Shown in pieces: positions 19,317 through 31,198 of a stretch of 64,000 nt of DNA. This stretch comes from an uncultured delta proteobacterium (GTDB lineage: Bacteria; Desulfobacterota; Binatia; UBA9968). The notes beneath the pieces were generated by a model. The model saw only the letters and a list, made by a program, of their open reading frames with translations, made no database searches and was not told the DNA's origin. Within the stretch, counting starts at the first letter, position 1; each line of letters starts with the position of its first letter. The position numbers were made by a program, and so were the translations under genes. Where the stretch lies: positions 32,001 to 96,000 of the forward strand of contig CAVSLC010000021.1 of assembly GCA_963728565.1 (NCBI GenBank), read 5' to 3'.

Positions 19317-20564
19317 ATGCGTTTGTCTCCCAATCCCTGGTTAGTTGCTGCTCTTGCCTTCGTCGTTCTCGGGTTTTCGCGCGGGCTGCATTCCTCATTC
19401 GGAGTTTTCAACGTCGCATTGCTTGATTCCTTCAACTGGAGCCGAGGCGCGACCGCCGGTATTTTCTCCGTTGTTCTTACGATTGACGCGATGTTGTCGC
19501 CGGTTGCCGGATATCTTCTCGACCGTTATGGAGCAAAAAAAATTGTCCTCGCCGGATGCCTTACTCTGGCATTGGGGCTTTTTTTAAGCAGTCAGGTAAG
19601 CGAGCTTTGGCACTTGTATATCTGCTTTGGTCTTATTACTGCTTTTGGCTTTACTTTTGTCGGCATGGTGCCGCACGTCTTTCTGATCTCCGAATGGTTC
19701 TCGTCAAATCGGGCCTCCGCGATAGGCGTCGTCTACGCCGGCTCCGGCGTAGGAATCATGATTCTGGCGCCGCTCAGCGCATGGCTGATCGCGGCTTACG
19801 GTTGGGCGCGAGCTTTGGAAATTTACGCGGCAGTGGTTTTGATATCACTCTTGCCCTTGGTGTGGATCTTTTATCAGCACGGACCGTTCGGCGAAAAGTT
19901 CCGCCATCATGGGCAGAAAAGGAGTGAGCAAAAGCAATGGACGGCAAAGCTCGCGTTGAAAAGCCTTCAGTTTTGGCTGCTTTTCTTCGCGCGCATCTGC
20001 GCCGCTGCCGGTACTACCGTCATTGTGACTCATCAAGTCGCTCACGTTGTGGAGGTTGGCTATAGCCAATTGCTGGCTGCATCCATTTTTGGTTTCGCGG
20101 GTATCACGAGCAGCTTTGGTCGGGTGGTTTTCGGTTTCATCGCCGATCGGTTGTCGAGACAAGCCGCCTATACGCTTAATATCGCGATGACGTTGATCGG
20201 TGTCGGCGCTCTAATGATCCTGCACGATTCCAGCCAAACCTGGTTACTTTACGTCTACGTGATCTTCTTTGGCATAGGTTTCGGCTCCCGGGCGGTCATT
20301 TTCTCAGCTTTGACCGCAGACATCTTTTCCGGCAAAGGCTTCGGTTCGATTCTCGGTTACTCGACAGTAGCCGTTGGTGTTGGCGGTGCGCTGGGCTCCT
20401 GGTTGGGTGGCGTATATTACGATTGGACCGGCAGTTATCTTGTTTCGTTTGGGTTATCGGCTGTGGTGCTGTCATTATCTGACATTTGCATCTGGTTGGC
20501 TGCGGTTCCATCTGTGGCTAACTACGACAAGCGACTCTGGCGAGAGAGTCCAACGGCGCGATAA
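19317..20564 (+). CDS. MFS transporter (OFA/MCT-like)
   Basis: About 12 TM; GYLLDRYG and GFIADRLSR loops. Confidence 0.92.
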   Translation: MRLSPNPWLVAALAFVVLGFSRGLHSSFGVFNVALLDSFNWSRGATAGIFSVVLTIDAMLSPVAGYLLDRYGAKKIVLAGCLTLALGLFLSSQVSELWHLYICFGLITAFGFTFVGMVPHVFLISEWFSSNRASAIGVVYAGSGVGIMILAPLSAWLIAAYGWARALEIYAAVVLISLLPLVWIFYQHGPFGEKFRHHGQKRSEQKQWTAKLALKSLQFWLLFFARICAAAGTTVIVTHQVAHVVEVGYSQLLAASIFGFAGITSSFGRVVFGFIADRLSRQAAYTLNIAMTLIGVGALMILHDSSQTWLLYVYVIFFGIGFGSRAVIFSALTADIFSGKGFGSILGYSTVAVGVGGALGSWLGGVYYDWTGSYLVSFGLSAVVLSLSDICIWLAAVPSVANYDKRLWRESPTAR

Positions 20565-20742
20565 CCAGGCTCTCCCGGCGTAGGAGCATTGCTCATCAGT
20601 GCATCCGCCGCCGCATGCGCTATCTGGGTTCCGCTGACTCTGGTTCAACAAAACACCTCGCTTAACCTCGTCTAGCGCGATCACCGCTGCATCAACCTTG
20701 AGGGTGTGACGAGAAGTTGTTACTTTGAAGTCTCGGATTCCC

Positions 20743-21105
20743 ATGGATGCCCGCTTGCGCGAAGGGATAAATCTTTTCAATCAGGGTCGTTTTTTTGAGG
20801 CTCACGAAACCTGGGAGCTGCTCTATCAGAGCGCCGAGATAAACGACAAATCATTTCTCGAGGGATTGATCCAACTATCTGCGGCTTGCCGGTTGATCGA
20901 CGATTTCGGCGAGATCAGAGGACCGGTTAAGTTAATCTACCAAGCGCTTATCCGCTTTGAGAATTATCAACCCACCTATTTGGACATCAAGGTGGCCGAC
21001 CTGGCTGTGGCGATGGAGGCCTGGGCCAAAGAGCTCGAGGCCAGCGGCGTCAGAGGACAGAAGCCTGTACCAACTATCGCCGTGCGGCGCTTCGGGTTTT
21101 TCTAA
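20743..21105 (+). CDS. DUF309-family protein
   Basis: GINLFNQGRFFEAHETWE, GLIQL. Confidence 0.85.
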   Translation: MDARLREGINLFNQGRFFEAHETWELLYQSAEINDKSFLEGLIQLSAACRLIDDFGEIRGPVKLIYQALIRFENYQPTYLDIKVADLAVAMEAWAKELEASGVRGQKPVPTIAVRRFGFF

Positions 21106-24100
21106 ATGAGCCTTTCACAGTTGGAAGAGACACTGCGTCGCTTTCTCAATGGGCGGTGGGCAGGAGCCAAGCGACTTCAGGGTCTTCAGGGCGGAGCGAT
21201 TGCCTATGTGTTGGGGCTGGCTGCGGAACAAAACACCCGCCCGATGCTGGTCATCACCGCTAGCGCTCAGGATGCCGAAAACTTGCATCGCGATCTGAGC
21301 TTCTTTATCGGTGAGGAGCCCTCGTTAGCTCCGTTCCGTAAACGGCTTCATCTGTTCCCATCGTGGGAGGTTCTTCCGTTCGAGAAGTTATCTCCTCATC
21401 CCGACAATCTCGCCGGACGACTAGAGGGACTCTATAAGCTGATTGAAGAGCCGGCGCCTATCTTAATCTCAACCCCTGCCGCGCTGATGCAGAAAGTCAT
21501 CCCGCGAGATGCTCTCAAACGATCTTACCTGTACATTGTTGCCGGTCAGGATCTGTCCCGTGAAGTGTTAACTGAGCATCTGACGCAGTGGGGCTTTCAA
21601 AACGTTCCGCTGGTGGAAGAATATGGTGACTTCAGCGTGCGTGGCGGCATCATCGATCTATTTTCCCCGGGTTACAAGTTGCCGATCCGGCTGGAGTTCG
21701 ATGGCGATCGTTTGGAATCCATCCGCGAATTCAATCCCTCGAGTCAGCGCTCGGAGGGAGTCTTAGAAGATCTTCTGCTGTTGCCGGTGAAGGAATTTTC
21801 GCTTAAGCGAGTTGGCACCGATCACATTGTCAGGAAACTGGACCAGCGCGGGATCGATTTGGATATGGACAGGCGCGAGAAAAATGCTTTGCTGGATTCC
21901 ATCAAGGAAGGCATTCCTTTTCCAGGCATCGAATTCTTACTTCCGTATTTCTATGAGGAACTGGCATCGGTGTTTTCTTACCTGCCATTCGATACATTGG
22001 TTTGTCTGGCGGGGGCGGATCGGGTCGAAGCAGAGGTTGAGCGATTTGCGAAACTGGCCTGGGATCGCAATGCCAAAGCAAAAGAAGAAGGACGCTTGGT
22101 GACACCCGTGGAAGGGCTCTTTCTCCACGAGCATGAATGGCGCGCTGCCATGGAACCTTTGGCTCAAGTCAATTGCGAAGCATTGACCATCATGGCTGCC
22201 TCGGAGCGCTTGCAGGAATCGACCTTAACGATCGATTCGTTCCTCACCAACGACATCCAGCACGAAAGTCTCATCAAGCACGGCAAAGAGCCGTCGTTGG
22301 CGCCGCTCGTCGAACGACTCGGTAGATGGCAGGACCAAACAGTAATCTTTGTTGCGCCAACCCGGGGCGATGCTGGTCGATTGCGAGAGTTACTGGGCCA
22401 TTACGAAATCGATGTTCCGGTGATGGAGCAACCGGTTAATGCGCTGCTGAGCACGGTTAAGCTCCCCCGGGCAATCGTCCTGGGTCATCTCAGTCAAGGA
22501 TTCCGTCTGCCGGCCGCGGGCTTGGTCGCCATCACTTTCGACGAGATTTTCGGAACTCACAAGCGCCATTCCACAACGCTTGGCCAAAAAGCACCCGAGC
22601 CATTTCCTCACCAGCCTGAGCGAACTGAAGCAGGATGATTTCGTAGTTCATCTCGATCATGGCATCGGCGTTTACCGCGGGCTGAAATTTCTGACGGTAG
22701 CCGGCGTTCAAGGCGAGTTTTTACACTTGGAGTATGAGGCCGGGGATCGGCTTTACCTGCCGGTAGACCGCATCAATGTCGTGCAGAAGTACATTGGTGG
22801 CGATGGTGCGCAACCTTCGCTCGACAAGCTCGGCGGCACCTCCTGGGAACGGGTCAAGGCCAAAGCGCGCAAATCGGTTCTGGCAATGGCGGAGGAACTG
22901 ATTCAGCTCTATGCGGTGCGTGAAGCTCGCCAAGGCAATGCCTTTGCGCCGCCGGATGCGCTTTACCGTGAGTTCGAAGCCGGTTTTGAATTTGAAGAAA
23001 CGCACGATCAACAGCGCGCCATCGACGAATCTCTTACCGATATGCAGCGACCAAAGCCAATGGACCGCTTAGTGTGCGGCGATGTCGGTTTCGGCAAGAC
23101 CGAGGTGGCGATGCGCGCTGCCTTTCTAGCAGTGGAGGGCGGCAAGCAGGTCGGGGTGCTGGCGCCGACGACGATTCTGGCGCAACAGCACCTACAAACC
23201 TTTCGCCATCGCTTTCGCAATCATCCGGTGCGCATCGAAATGGTCAGCCGTTTCTTGACAAGTAAGGAGATCGAACAGGTTCTCAAGGATTCGGCGAGAG
23301 GGAGCGTCGATATTGTCATCGGCACCCATCGGCTGTTGCAAAAAGATGTAGAGTTCAAGAATTTAGGCCTGGTAATTATCGATGAGGAGCATCGATTCGG
23401 GGTGGCGCATAAGGAGCGCCTTAAAAAGTTGCGTCAGATGGTCGACGTCATGAGCCTTACGGCGACGCCGATCCCGCGCACGCTCCATATGTCGATCATC
23501 GGTATACGCGATTTGAGCATTATCGAAACTCCGCCGGTTGACCGCCTGGCAATCCAAACCTACGTTACCCGCTACGATGAGCGGCTGATTCGCGATGCGA
23601 TCTTGCGCGAATTGGAGCGTGGCGGACAGGTATTTTTCCTACACAACCGAGTTGAAACAATCGATCGGATCGCCATGAAACTTGCCGACCTGGTTCCCGA
23701 GGCCAAGATGGCCGTGGCACATGGCCAGATGAAACCCAAAGATCTGGAAAAAGTGATGCTCAAGTTTCTCAACAATGAGACCCAGGTCCTGGTCTGCTCG
23801 GCGATTATCGAGTCGGGCCTGGATTTTCCCAACGCCAATACCATCATTATCAACCGCGCCGATCGGTTTGGCTTGGCGCAACTGTACCAGTTAAGAGGGC
23901 GGGTTGGCCGCTCGCACCGGCATGCCTATGCTTATCTCCTCATTCCCGGCGAACAGGCGATTACTCCAGACGCCGAGAAGAGACTGCGGGCGCTTCAAGA
24001 GATCGATGGGTTGGGTGGCGGGTTCAAATTAGCGCTGCACGATCTGGAAATCCGCGGCGCGGGTAATCTTTTGGGGCAGCAGCAGTCCGGTAATATTACC

Positions 24101-24667
24101 GCGGTTGGATTTGAGCTTTACACCGAAATGATGGAAAATGCCGTGCGTGAACTTAGAGGCGAAGAAGTGACGCCCGACGTCGAACCGGAAATCCGTTTAG
24201 GCATCTCCGCTTACTTTCCCGATGATTATATCCCCGATGTGAATCAGCGTTTGTTCTTCTACAAGCGGCTGGCGAGCTTGCGTAGTCCGTTTGAGCTGGA
24301 GGAGATCAAGGAAGAGATCCGGGATCGGTTTGGTCCTTATGGCGTCGCGGTGGAAAATCTCTTTTTGGTTATGAATCTGCGCCGCGTGCTCAAAGAATTT
24401 CTGGTGCAGCAGATCAGCGTGTCCGACGGCAGGGTATTTTTACTGTTTCACCCGCAATCACCGGTGAAAATCGAAAAACTCCTGGAATTGATCAACAAAC
24501 CGAAGAGTCGCTTCAGGCTAGCGCCGGACGGCCGGCTGTCGTTTTCACCGAAAAATCAAGAATGGGAAATCTTGGTTGGTGAGGTGGAAGAGTTGCTCTA
24601 TAGCATTCATGAGCCTGCGGCGAGTATGGCGCCCAGTTCCGCACCCCTGCACGATAGTGCGATGTAG
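21106..24667 (+). CDS. mfd: Transcription-repair coupling factor (frameshift ~22580)
   Basis: UvrB-homology N-terminus, VVHLDHGIG RID, CGDVGFGKTE, DEEH, TRCF domain. Confidence 0.96.
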
Positions 24668-24780
24668 TGACCCTTACATGGATCACATCTTGACGCGGCA
24701 GGTTTGGCTTTTTTCGACCATCGTGTTACGCCTAAACAAATCCATATACCGAAGACATCATCTGCCGAGGTAAGATTCTT

Positions 24781-26100
24781 ATGCTGAGGCATGCTCTTAG
24801 AAACAGCCTTTTGATCACATCTTTTCTGCTTCTTGTTCCCTTGTCACTGCAGGGCCGAGTCGTGGAACAGATTGTCACGGTGATCGATGGGGAGCCGTAT
24901 ACTCTCACAAATATTGCCGCCTACGCCAAGAGCAAGATGGCACGGGAGTTCCCCGTCGGGTCGCTGGAAAAAATCAACGGCAGCGATCGAGAAGTACTCG
25001 AGCAGTTTATTACGGAAAAGCTGCTCGACGCGGAAATACGCGAGGCTGGAATCAAAGTCACCGACCAGGATATCGAAATCTACATAGATCAGATCAAACG
25101 GAAGAATCGTCTCACGGACGCCGACTTGAAAACTGCCTTGAGCCGTGAGGGACAAACCTTGCAGGCCTACAAGGCTTCAGTCCGAGCCGAGCTTGAGAAA
25201 GGCGAGTTGATCAATCGTCAGGTGCGAAAGAAAGTCAATATAACCGATGAAGACGTCGAACGGTACTACAAGCTGAATTCGAAGAACTATCGAGCCGATG
25301 ATCGCGCTCGGATTCGTCATATCTTGCTGCCGCTGTCCGAAAAAGCTTCGCCGGAAGAAGTACAAGCGGCGGTCGCAAAGGGCAACGCGTTATACGATCA
25401 GATTGCCGCCGGCGAGGATTTCGCCAGATTGGCGCAAAAATTTTCCGACGGCGCTGGCCGGGAATCAGGTGGCGATATTGGCTGGGTAAATCGTGGAACC
25501 TTGTTGAAGCCCATCGAGGATGCTGCGTTCGACAAGCTTTCGGTCGGCGAAGTCAGCCGCCCGATCCGGAGCAGCATGGGGTTGCACTTGGTTAAACTGG
25601 AGAGCCGGAATCTCGGCGCGGTTCTTCCATTATCTTCAGTGGCTTCCAGGATCAAGGAAGAGCTCTACACCAAAGCGATGGAGGAGCGTTACTCTAAATG
25701 GCTCAAAACCGAGCTGCGTCGCAAGCATACTGTCGATGTAAAAATTGCCGGGGTCGTATTCAAGCCCGAGGATTCGAAGGAAGATACCATGGGTTCCCTG
25801 ATGGCCAAGTCTCCTCGGCTTAACCGAAAAGAGGAGCGTGGGTTATTAGGTTATTTGAACCCACTTTCGTACGTGATCAAGGAAACCGCGTCTGATGAAG
25901 AAGATCAGAAAACGGGACCGCTAGCCGGCAAGAATGTCGTTAGCGTTTTCGGCGTGCCACTTTTTACTACGGATCGAGTTGATGATGTTCCCGATATACT
26001 CTCTCCACCCGTACAGCCTGAAAAAAATTCGCGACCACAAGAATCAGACAGCGGCTTTTTCTCCTCCATTGTAAACCGGTTGAACCCCTTCAAGCGCTAG
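24781..26100 (+). CDS. surA: SurA-like peptidyl-prolyl isomerase
   Basis: Signal peptide, SurA N-domain, parvulin motifs HIL...F..LA..FSD...GGDIGW; upstream of pdxA. Confidence 0.82.
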   Translation: MLRHALRNSLLITSFLLLVPLSLQGRVVEQIVTVIDGEPYTLTNIAAYAKSKMAREFPVGSLEKINGSDREVLEQFITEKLLDAEIREAGIKVTDQDIEIYIDQIKRKNRLTDADLKTALSREGQTLQAYKASVRAELEKGELINRQVRKKVNITDEDVERYYKLNSKNYRADDRARIRHILLPLSEKASPEEVQAAVAKGNALYDQIAAGEDFARLAQKFSDGAGRESGGDIGWVNRGTLLKPIEDAAFDKLSVGEVSRPIRSSMGLHLVKLESRNLGAVLPLSSVASRIKEELYTKAMEERYSKWLKTELRRKHTVDVKIAGVVFKPEDSKEDTMGSLMAKSPRLNRKEERGLLGYLNPLSYVIKETASDEEDQKTGPLAGKNVVSVFGVPLFTTDRVDDVPDILSPPVQPEKNSRPQESDSGFFSSIVNRLNPFKR

Positions 26101-26148
26101 CCCTCCGGGTTCTCTGTCAAGCTGCCCAATCTCGGGTCTTCTAAGCTT

Positions 26149-27174
26149 ATGCCGCGTAAACCGATTGTTGCCGTAACTATGGGCGATCCCGCAGGGGTAG
26201 GCCCGGAAGTCATTCTGAAGGCGCTCAGCCATCAGACGGTCGGTCGGGCCTGCAATCCGCTGATTCTCGGGGATTGGGGAGTACTGCAACGCGTCCGTGC
26301 CAGAAGTAAACGGCTTCCCAAGTTAATTTCCTGGCAATCCGGAATGCCGTTGTTGCCTCTATTGCATGGCAGTGGCGGCTTTGTCGTATGTCCGCTCTCG
26401 ACCTTGCGTGAAAACGAATCGCGTCCGGGCCGGCCGGTAAAAGCGGGCGGGCATGCCGCCTATCGCTATATAACCGTGGCGGCTCGCCTGGCCTTGTCGA
26501 GTGTGGCCGATGCGATTGCGACGGCGCCTATCAGCAAGAGTATCCTGATCAATGCAGGCTACAACTATCCGGGACATACCGAACTTCTTGCCGAGATTAG
26601 CCGGACGCCCGAATGTCGCATGATGTTGATCGGCAAAAAACTGCGAGTTGTCCTGGTGACCGGACATGTAGGTTATACCAAGGTGGTGCGCTCGTTGACG
26701 TGTGACGGCATTCGGACAACACTGGAGCTGACCCACCGGGCTCTGAAAAATTCGTTCGGGATCTCGCGGCCGCGCATCGCCGTCGCGGCTTTGAATCCGC
26801 ACGGCGGTGAGGAAGGGATTTTCGGAAGTGAAGAAAAAGAGATAATCGTGCCCGGAGTTCAAGCCGCAAAACGCAAGGGAATTCCAGCATCCGGGCCGTT
26901 TCCGGCCGATAGTCTTTTTCACAAAGCCGCGCGCGGAGAATATGACGCGGTAGTCTGCATGTATCACGATCAGGGATTGATCCCTCTTAAGCTGCATCAT
27001 TTTTTTGGCGGAGTGGCGCTCACCTTGGGGCCCCCCTTCATTCGAACTTCGGTCGATCACGGCACAGCCTATGACATCGCCGGCTCCGGCAGAGCCGATG
27101 AAACCAGCATGGCGCAAGCGATCTTGCTCGCGGCAGAACTAGCCAGGCTAAGAATGAAGAGCAAGAATCATTGA
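26149..27174 (+). CDS. pdxA: 4-hydroxythreonine-4-phosphate dehydrogenase
   Basis: TMGDPAGVGPE, GHTE, LNPH, MYHDQGLIP, RTSVDHGTA. Confidence 0.97.
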   Translation: MPRKPIVAVTMGDPAGVGPEVILKALSHQTVGRACNPLILGDWGVLQRVRARSKRLPKLISWQSGMPLLPLLHGSGGFVVCPLSTLRENESRPGRPVKAGGHAAYRYITVAARLALSSVADAIATAPISKSILINAGYNYPGHTELLAEISRTPECRMMLIGKKLRVVLVTGHVGYTKVVRSLTCDGIRTTLELTHRALKNSFGISRPRIAVAALNPHGGEEGIFGSEEKEIIVPGVQAAKRKGIPASGPFPADSLFHKAARGEYDAVVCMYHDQGLIPLKLHHFFGGVALTLGPPFIRTSVDHGTAYDIAGSGRADETSMAQAILLAAELARLRMKSKNH

Positions 27175-28523
27175 ATCCATCGATCTTTCGCGAATACGAT
27201 ATCCGCGGACTGGCAAAGAAAGAGTTCGATGAAGATTTTGCTCTCCTGCTTGGCAAAGTGCACGGCACGATCATCAACGAGGCGGGCGGCACTCGCGTGA
27301 GTGTGGGCCGAGATTGCCGTGCTACTTCCGATCTTTACACCCAGGCTGTCATAGCCGGGCTGGTTTCGACGGGTCTCCAAGTCACCGATATTGGTGTCTG
27401 TCCGACACCGTTGCTTTATTTTTCGCTGTTCCATCTCGACACCGACGGCGGTATCGAGGTCACCGCCAGCCACAATCCCTCGGAGTATAATGGATTCAAG
27501 CTTTGCCTTGGTAAGGACACGCTTTACGGCGCGCAAATCCAGGACATCAAAACTAGAATCGAGCAAAATCATTTTGTCGAGAAGCCCGGCGGCACGGTCG
27601 AACGCTATGACATCGTTGTGCCTTACCAACAGCATCTGTTGCGCGACGTTCCTAAGCTAAAGCGCTCTCTCAAGGTGGTCGTCGACGCCGGTAGCGGCGT
27701 TGGCGGACCCGTGGCGCCGCCTATTTTTCGTCATTTAGGCTGTACGGTTTGGGAGATCGCCTGTACACCCGACGGCGATTTTCCAATCCATCATCCCGAC
27801 CCCACCGTCCCGGAAAATCTCGAGCTGCTTATTGCCAAAGTTCGCGCGGAAGGGGCGGACTTAGGAATAGCCTACGATGGAGATGCCGATCGTATCGGCG
27901 CTGTGGATGAACAGGGCAGGATCGTCTGGGGTGATGAACTGATAGTGATTTTTGCCCGCGATGTTCTCCAGCGTAATCCCGGAGCGACGATCATTTCCGA
28001 AGTCAAATGCTCCCAACGGCTTTACGACGATATCGTCGCCCGCGGTGGGGTACCGATCATGTGGAAAGCGGGCCACTCGCTGTTAAAGGCTAAGTTGAAG
28101 GAAACGAATGCCTTGTTGGCCGGTGAAATGAGCGGCCATATGTTCTTCAAAGAGCGTTACTTCGGTTATGACGATGCGATCTATGCTTCGTTGCGGTTGC
28201 TGGAGATTATTGCCAATTCGGATAGACCTTTCTCGGCCTTGCTTGCGGACCTGCCCCGGACTGTATCGACACCCGAAATCAGAATCGACTGCCCGGATGA
28301 TAGGAAATTTATCATCGCCGAAAGGGCAAAAGAGTATTTTCGTCAGCACTACGATATCATTGAAATCGACGGCGTGCGCGTGCAGTTCCCCGAAGGATGG
28401 GGGCTGATTCGCGCATCGAATACCCAGCCGGCGCTGGTGCTTCGTTTTGAGGCTCAAACCGCGGAGAAAATGAACGAATATCGCGCCTTGGTCGAGGGCA
28501 AGCTTAAGGAACTGGAGATCTGA
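27171..28523 (+). CDS. Phosphomannomutase/phosphoglucomutase (AlgC-like)
   Basis: IFREYDIRG, TASHNP, DGDADR, GEMSGH. Confidence 0.96.
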   Translation: MNPSIFREYDIRGLAKKEFDEDFALLLGKVHGTIINEAGGTRVSVGRDCRATSDLYTQAVIAGLVSTGLQVTDIGVCPTPLLYFSLFHLDTDGGIEVTASHNPSEYNGFKLCLGKDTLYGAQIQDIKTRIEQNHFVEKPGGTVERYDIVVPYQQHLLRDVPKLKRSLKVVVDAGSGVGGPVAPPIFRHLGCTVWEIACTPDGDFPIHHPDPTVPENLELLIAKVRAEGADLGIAYDGDADRIGAVDEQGRIVWGDELIVIFARDVLQRNPGATIISEVKCSQRLYDDIVARGGVPIMWKAGHSLLKAKLKETNALLAGEMSGHMFFKERYFGYDDAIYASLRLLEIIANSDRPFSALLADLPRTVSTPEIRIDCPDDRKFIIAERAKEYFRQHYDIIEIDGVRVQFPEGWGLIRASNTQPALVLRFEAQTAEKMNEYRALVEGKLKELEI

Positions 28524-28532
28524 CAACCGATA

Positions 28533-31058
28533 ATGCGCGGCGAGATTGTTGTCAGCGGAGCGCGAGTCCATAACCTTCAAAGTATCGACCTTAAGATTCC
28601 ACGTGAGCAGTTAGTCGTTATCACCGGAGTTTCCGGTTCAGGAAAATCATCGTTAGCCTTCGATACACTTTACGCTGAGGGCCAGCGCCGCTACATCGAA
28701 TCGCTACCCGTCAACCATCGTCAGTTACTTCAGCAGCTCGACAAGCCCGACGTCGACTCTATCGAGGGACTTTCTCCGGCCATCGCGCTTCAACAGAGAC
28801 CATCAAACTTTGGCCCGCGCTCGACGGTAGGAACGATGAGCGAGGTGCAAGATTTTTTGCGGCTGCTGTTCACTCGTGTCGGCCAGCCGTTTTGCATTCA
28901 GTGCGGCGCGCCGATCTCGATCCAGACTACAGAGCAAATAGTCGATCAACTTCTGGCCCTCCCGCCGGGCGCGCGCATCGTTCTTATGGCGCCGATTGCC
29001 GGCTCAAGAAAATTGAATGCCGACAAACTGCTTGGCGAGTTCGCCCGTCAGGGCTTCACCCGCGTTAGGATTGACGGACGATTGCACGAGCTTGGAGAAG
29101 AGACTCACCTGGAAGCAGGCCGGACTTATCAGATCGACTTGGTGATTGACCGCTTGACGATTAAAGAAGGTGTAGAAAAGCGCCTAGCGGATTCGCTTGA
29201 AATAGCTTCTCGCGTCGGCCAGCACGTTGTAAAGATCGAAGTGCAGGCAGAGACGGCGGCGATCAAAGAATTACGCTTCAGCCAAAAGTTTGCCTGTGCT
29301 GAATGCGGCAGTTCTTTTCCGGAGATTGTTCCGAGCCTGTTTTCATTTAATAGTCCCAATGGCGCCTGTCCGGTGTGCGCTGGGTTAAGTAGTTTGGAGC
29401 AGACGGGTCGAAAATCGAAAGCCGCCCCTGACGCCAGCGCTGTTGTGACGTGTAAGGAATGCAACGGCGCTCGTCTGAAGAAAGAAAGCTTGGCGGTCCG
29501 GATTGACGGCAAAAATATTGCTCAGTTGGCCGCATTGCCCATAAACGAGGCGATCCAGTACTTCGACGCGCTCCGCTTCCAACCCCGGGAGCAGATCATC
29601 GCCGGCAAAATACTCCCGGAGATCATTCCGCGGCTTCGGCTTTTGGCGCAACTCGGACTTGATCACCTGACCTTGGACCGCTCGTCGACCACCCTGTCGG
29701 GCGGCGAATTGCAAAGGGTCCGCTTAGCCAAGCAAATTGGCTCGAAGTTGTCGGGGGTCCTGTATATTTTTGACGAGCCGAGCATTGGACTGCACCAAAA
29801 AGACAATGCACAACTGCTGCAGCTTTTACACGAGCTTCGTGGTGCCGGCAATTCCATCTTGATCGTGGAGCATGATCCGGAAACTATTCTCAGCGCCGAC
29901 TATGTCATCGATATGGGACCGGGTGCGGGAACTAAAGGCGGCCGGGTCGTCGCGACTGGGTCACCCGACGAGCTCATGGCCCAGCCGCACTCGCTCACCG
30001 GTCAGTATTTATCCGGCCGTAAAAAAATTACCATTCCAGCTTTGCGCCGAAAAGGTTCAGGCGAGTTTCTAATCTTAAAAGGGGCGCGACAAAACAATCT
30101 GCAGGACATTACGGTTGAAATCCCGGTGGGTGTGGTGACTTGTGTCACCGGAGTTTCGGGTTCCGGGAAGAGCACCTTGGTGATGGATGTCCTTTATCAT
30201 GAACTTTCCCGACGCTTGCGGCGCTTGCGCGTGAGGACCGGCGCCTTGGATGATCTGATCGGCTGGCAGCATTTCGATCGGGTAATCGGTGTCGATCAAG
30301 CTCCGATAGGCAGGACGTCACGCTCCAATCCAGCCACGTACGCGGGAATCTACGATCCGATTCGCGATCTTTTCGCGCAACTACCAGAGTCGCGAGTAAG
30401 AGGTTATCAGCCTAACCGGTTCTCATTTAACACCAGCGGAGGCCGATGCGAAGCTTGTGGCGGCGAAGGCCTGATGCGCATCGAGATGTATTTTCTGGCC
30501 GATGTTTTTGCTACCTGCGATATCTGCAAAGGCCGTCGTTTTAACCGGGAAACGCTCGAGATTAAATACAAAGGGCATAGCATTGCCGATGTGTTGGAAC
30601 TAACGGTAATTCAGGCTCTGGATTTATTCGCTCACATACCGGCTATCGCCGCGCGACTTCATACATTAGTTGGCGTGGGCTTGGGTTATATTCAGCTCGG
30701 CCAGGCAGCTCAGACCCTTTCGGGTGGCGAGTCGCAACGTCTCAAGCTGGCCAAGGAGCTGGCGCGACGGTCGAGCGGCCGATCTCTCTATGTTCTGGAT
30801 GAACCCACTTCCGGACTTCATTTTGCGGATATCGACCAACTCTTAGAACTACTGCATAGTTTGACCGACGCGGGTAACACCTTGGTGGTGATTGAACACA
30901 ATCTGGAAGTCATCAAAAACGCCGACTACGTCATCGATTTGGGGCCGGGAGCCGGGAAGAGCGGCGGTAGGGTTATTGCGCGTGGGACGCCCGAAGATGT
31001 TGCCGCGGTAGCCTCATCACACACCGGGCGCTATTTGCGTAACCTGCTAATCAACTAA
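28533..31058 (+). CDS. uvrA: Excinuclease ABC subunit A, short form (841 aa)
   Basis: Two GVSGSGKS Walker A motifs, zinc fingers, LSGGE signatures. Confidence 0.95.
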   Translation: MRGEIVVSGARVHNLQSIDLKIPREQLVVITGVSGSGKSSLAFDTLYAEGQRRYIESLPVNHRQLLQQLDKPDVDSIEGLSPAIALQQRPSNFGPRSTVGTMSEVQDFLRLLFTRVGQPFCIQCGAPISIQTTEQIVDQLLALPPGARIVLMAPIAGSRKLNADKLLGEFARQGFTRVRIDGRLHELGEETHLEAGRTYQIDLVIDRLTIKEGVEKRLADSLEIASRVGQHVVKIEVQAETAAIKELRFSQKFACAECGSSFPEIVPSLFSFNSPNGACPVCAGLSSLEQTGRKSKAAPDASAVVTCKECNGARLKKESLAVRIDGKNIAQLAALPINEAIQYFDALRFQPREQIIAGKILPEIIPRLRLLAQLGLDHLTLDRSSTTLSGGELQRVRLAKQIGSKLSGVLYIFDEPSIGLHQKDNAQLLQLLHELRGAGNSILIVEHDPETILSADYVIDMGPGAGTKGGRVVATGSPDELMAQPHSLTGQYLSGRKKITIPALRRKGSGEFLILKGARQNNLQDITVEIPVGVVTCVTGVSGSGKSTLVMDVLYHELSRRLRRLRVRTGALDDLIGWQHFDRVIGVDQAPIGRTSRSNPATYAGIYDPIRDLFAQLPESRVRGYQPNRFSFNTSGGRCEACGGEGLMRIEMYFLADVFATCDICKGRRFNRETLEIKYKGHSIADVLELTVIQALDLFAHIPAIAARLHTLVGVGLGYIQLGQAAQTLSGGESQRLKLAKELARRSSGRSLYVLDEPTSGLHFADIDQLLELLHSLTDAGNTLVVIEHNLEVIKNADYVIDLGPGAGKSGGRVIARGTPEDVAAVASSHTGRYLRNLLIN

Positions 31059-31120
31059 AAAATCCGCCGTTTATCCCCTTCTGCGGAGTTCCGGCTGGCG
31101 CTAAACCCCCGATCACTCCA

Positions 31121-31174
31121 TTGACTGAGAGTACCTGATTAGTTATCTTTAAATCAGACCAAACTGGTGGGATA
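31121..31174 (+). promoter_or_regulatory. Promoter with candidate Rrf2/IscR operator
   Basis: TTGACT, 17 nt, TATCTT, then the imperfect palindrome AAATCAGACCAAACTGGTGGGATA. Confidence 0.5.
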
Positions 31175-31198
31175 AGTAGCCGGCTGGCCCCTGTTCCT

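Noticed and set aside
22560-22640. Programmed frameshift or natural split of mfd
   Set aside because: A single extra base explains it and similar breaks occur throughout the window
26359-28580. Long antisense ORFs opposite pdxA and PMM (likewise 51057-51821)
   Set aside because: Shadow frames of well-conserved genes with no recognisable motifs
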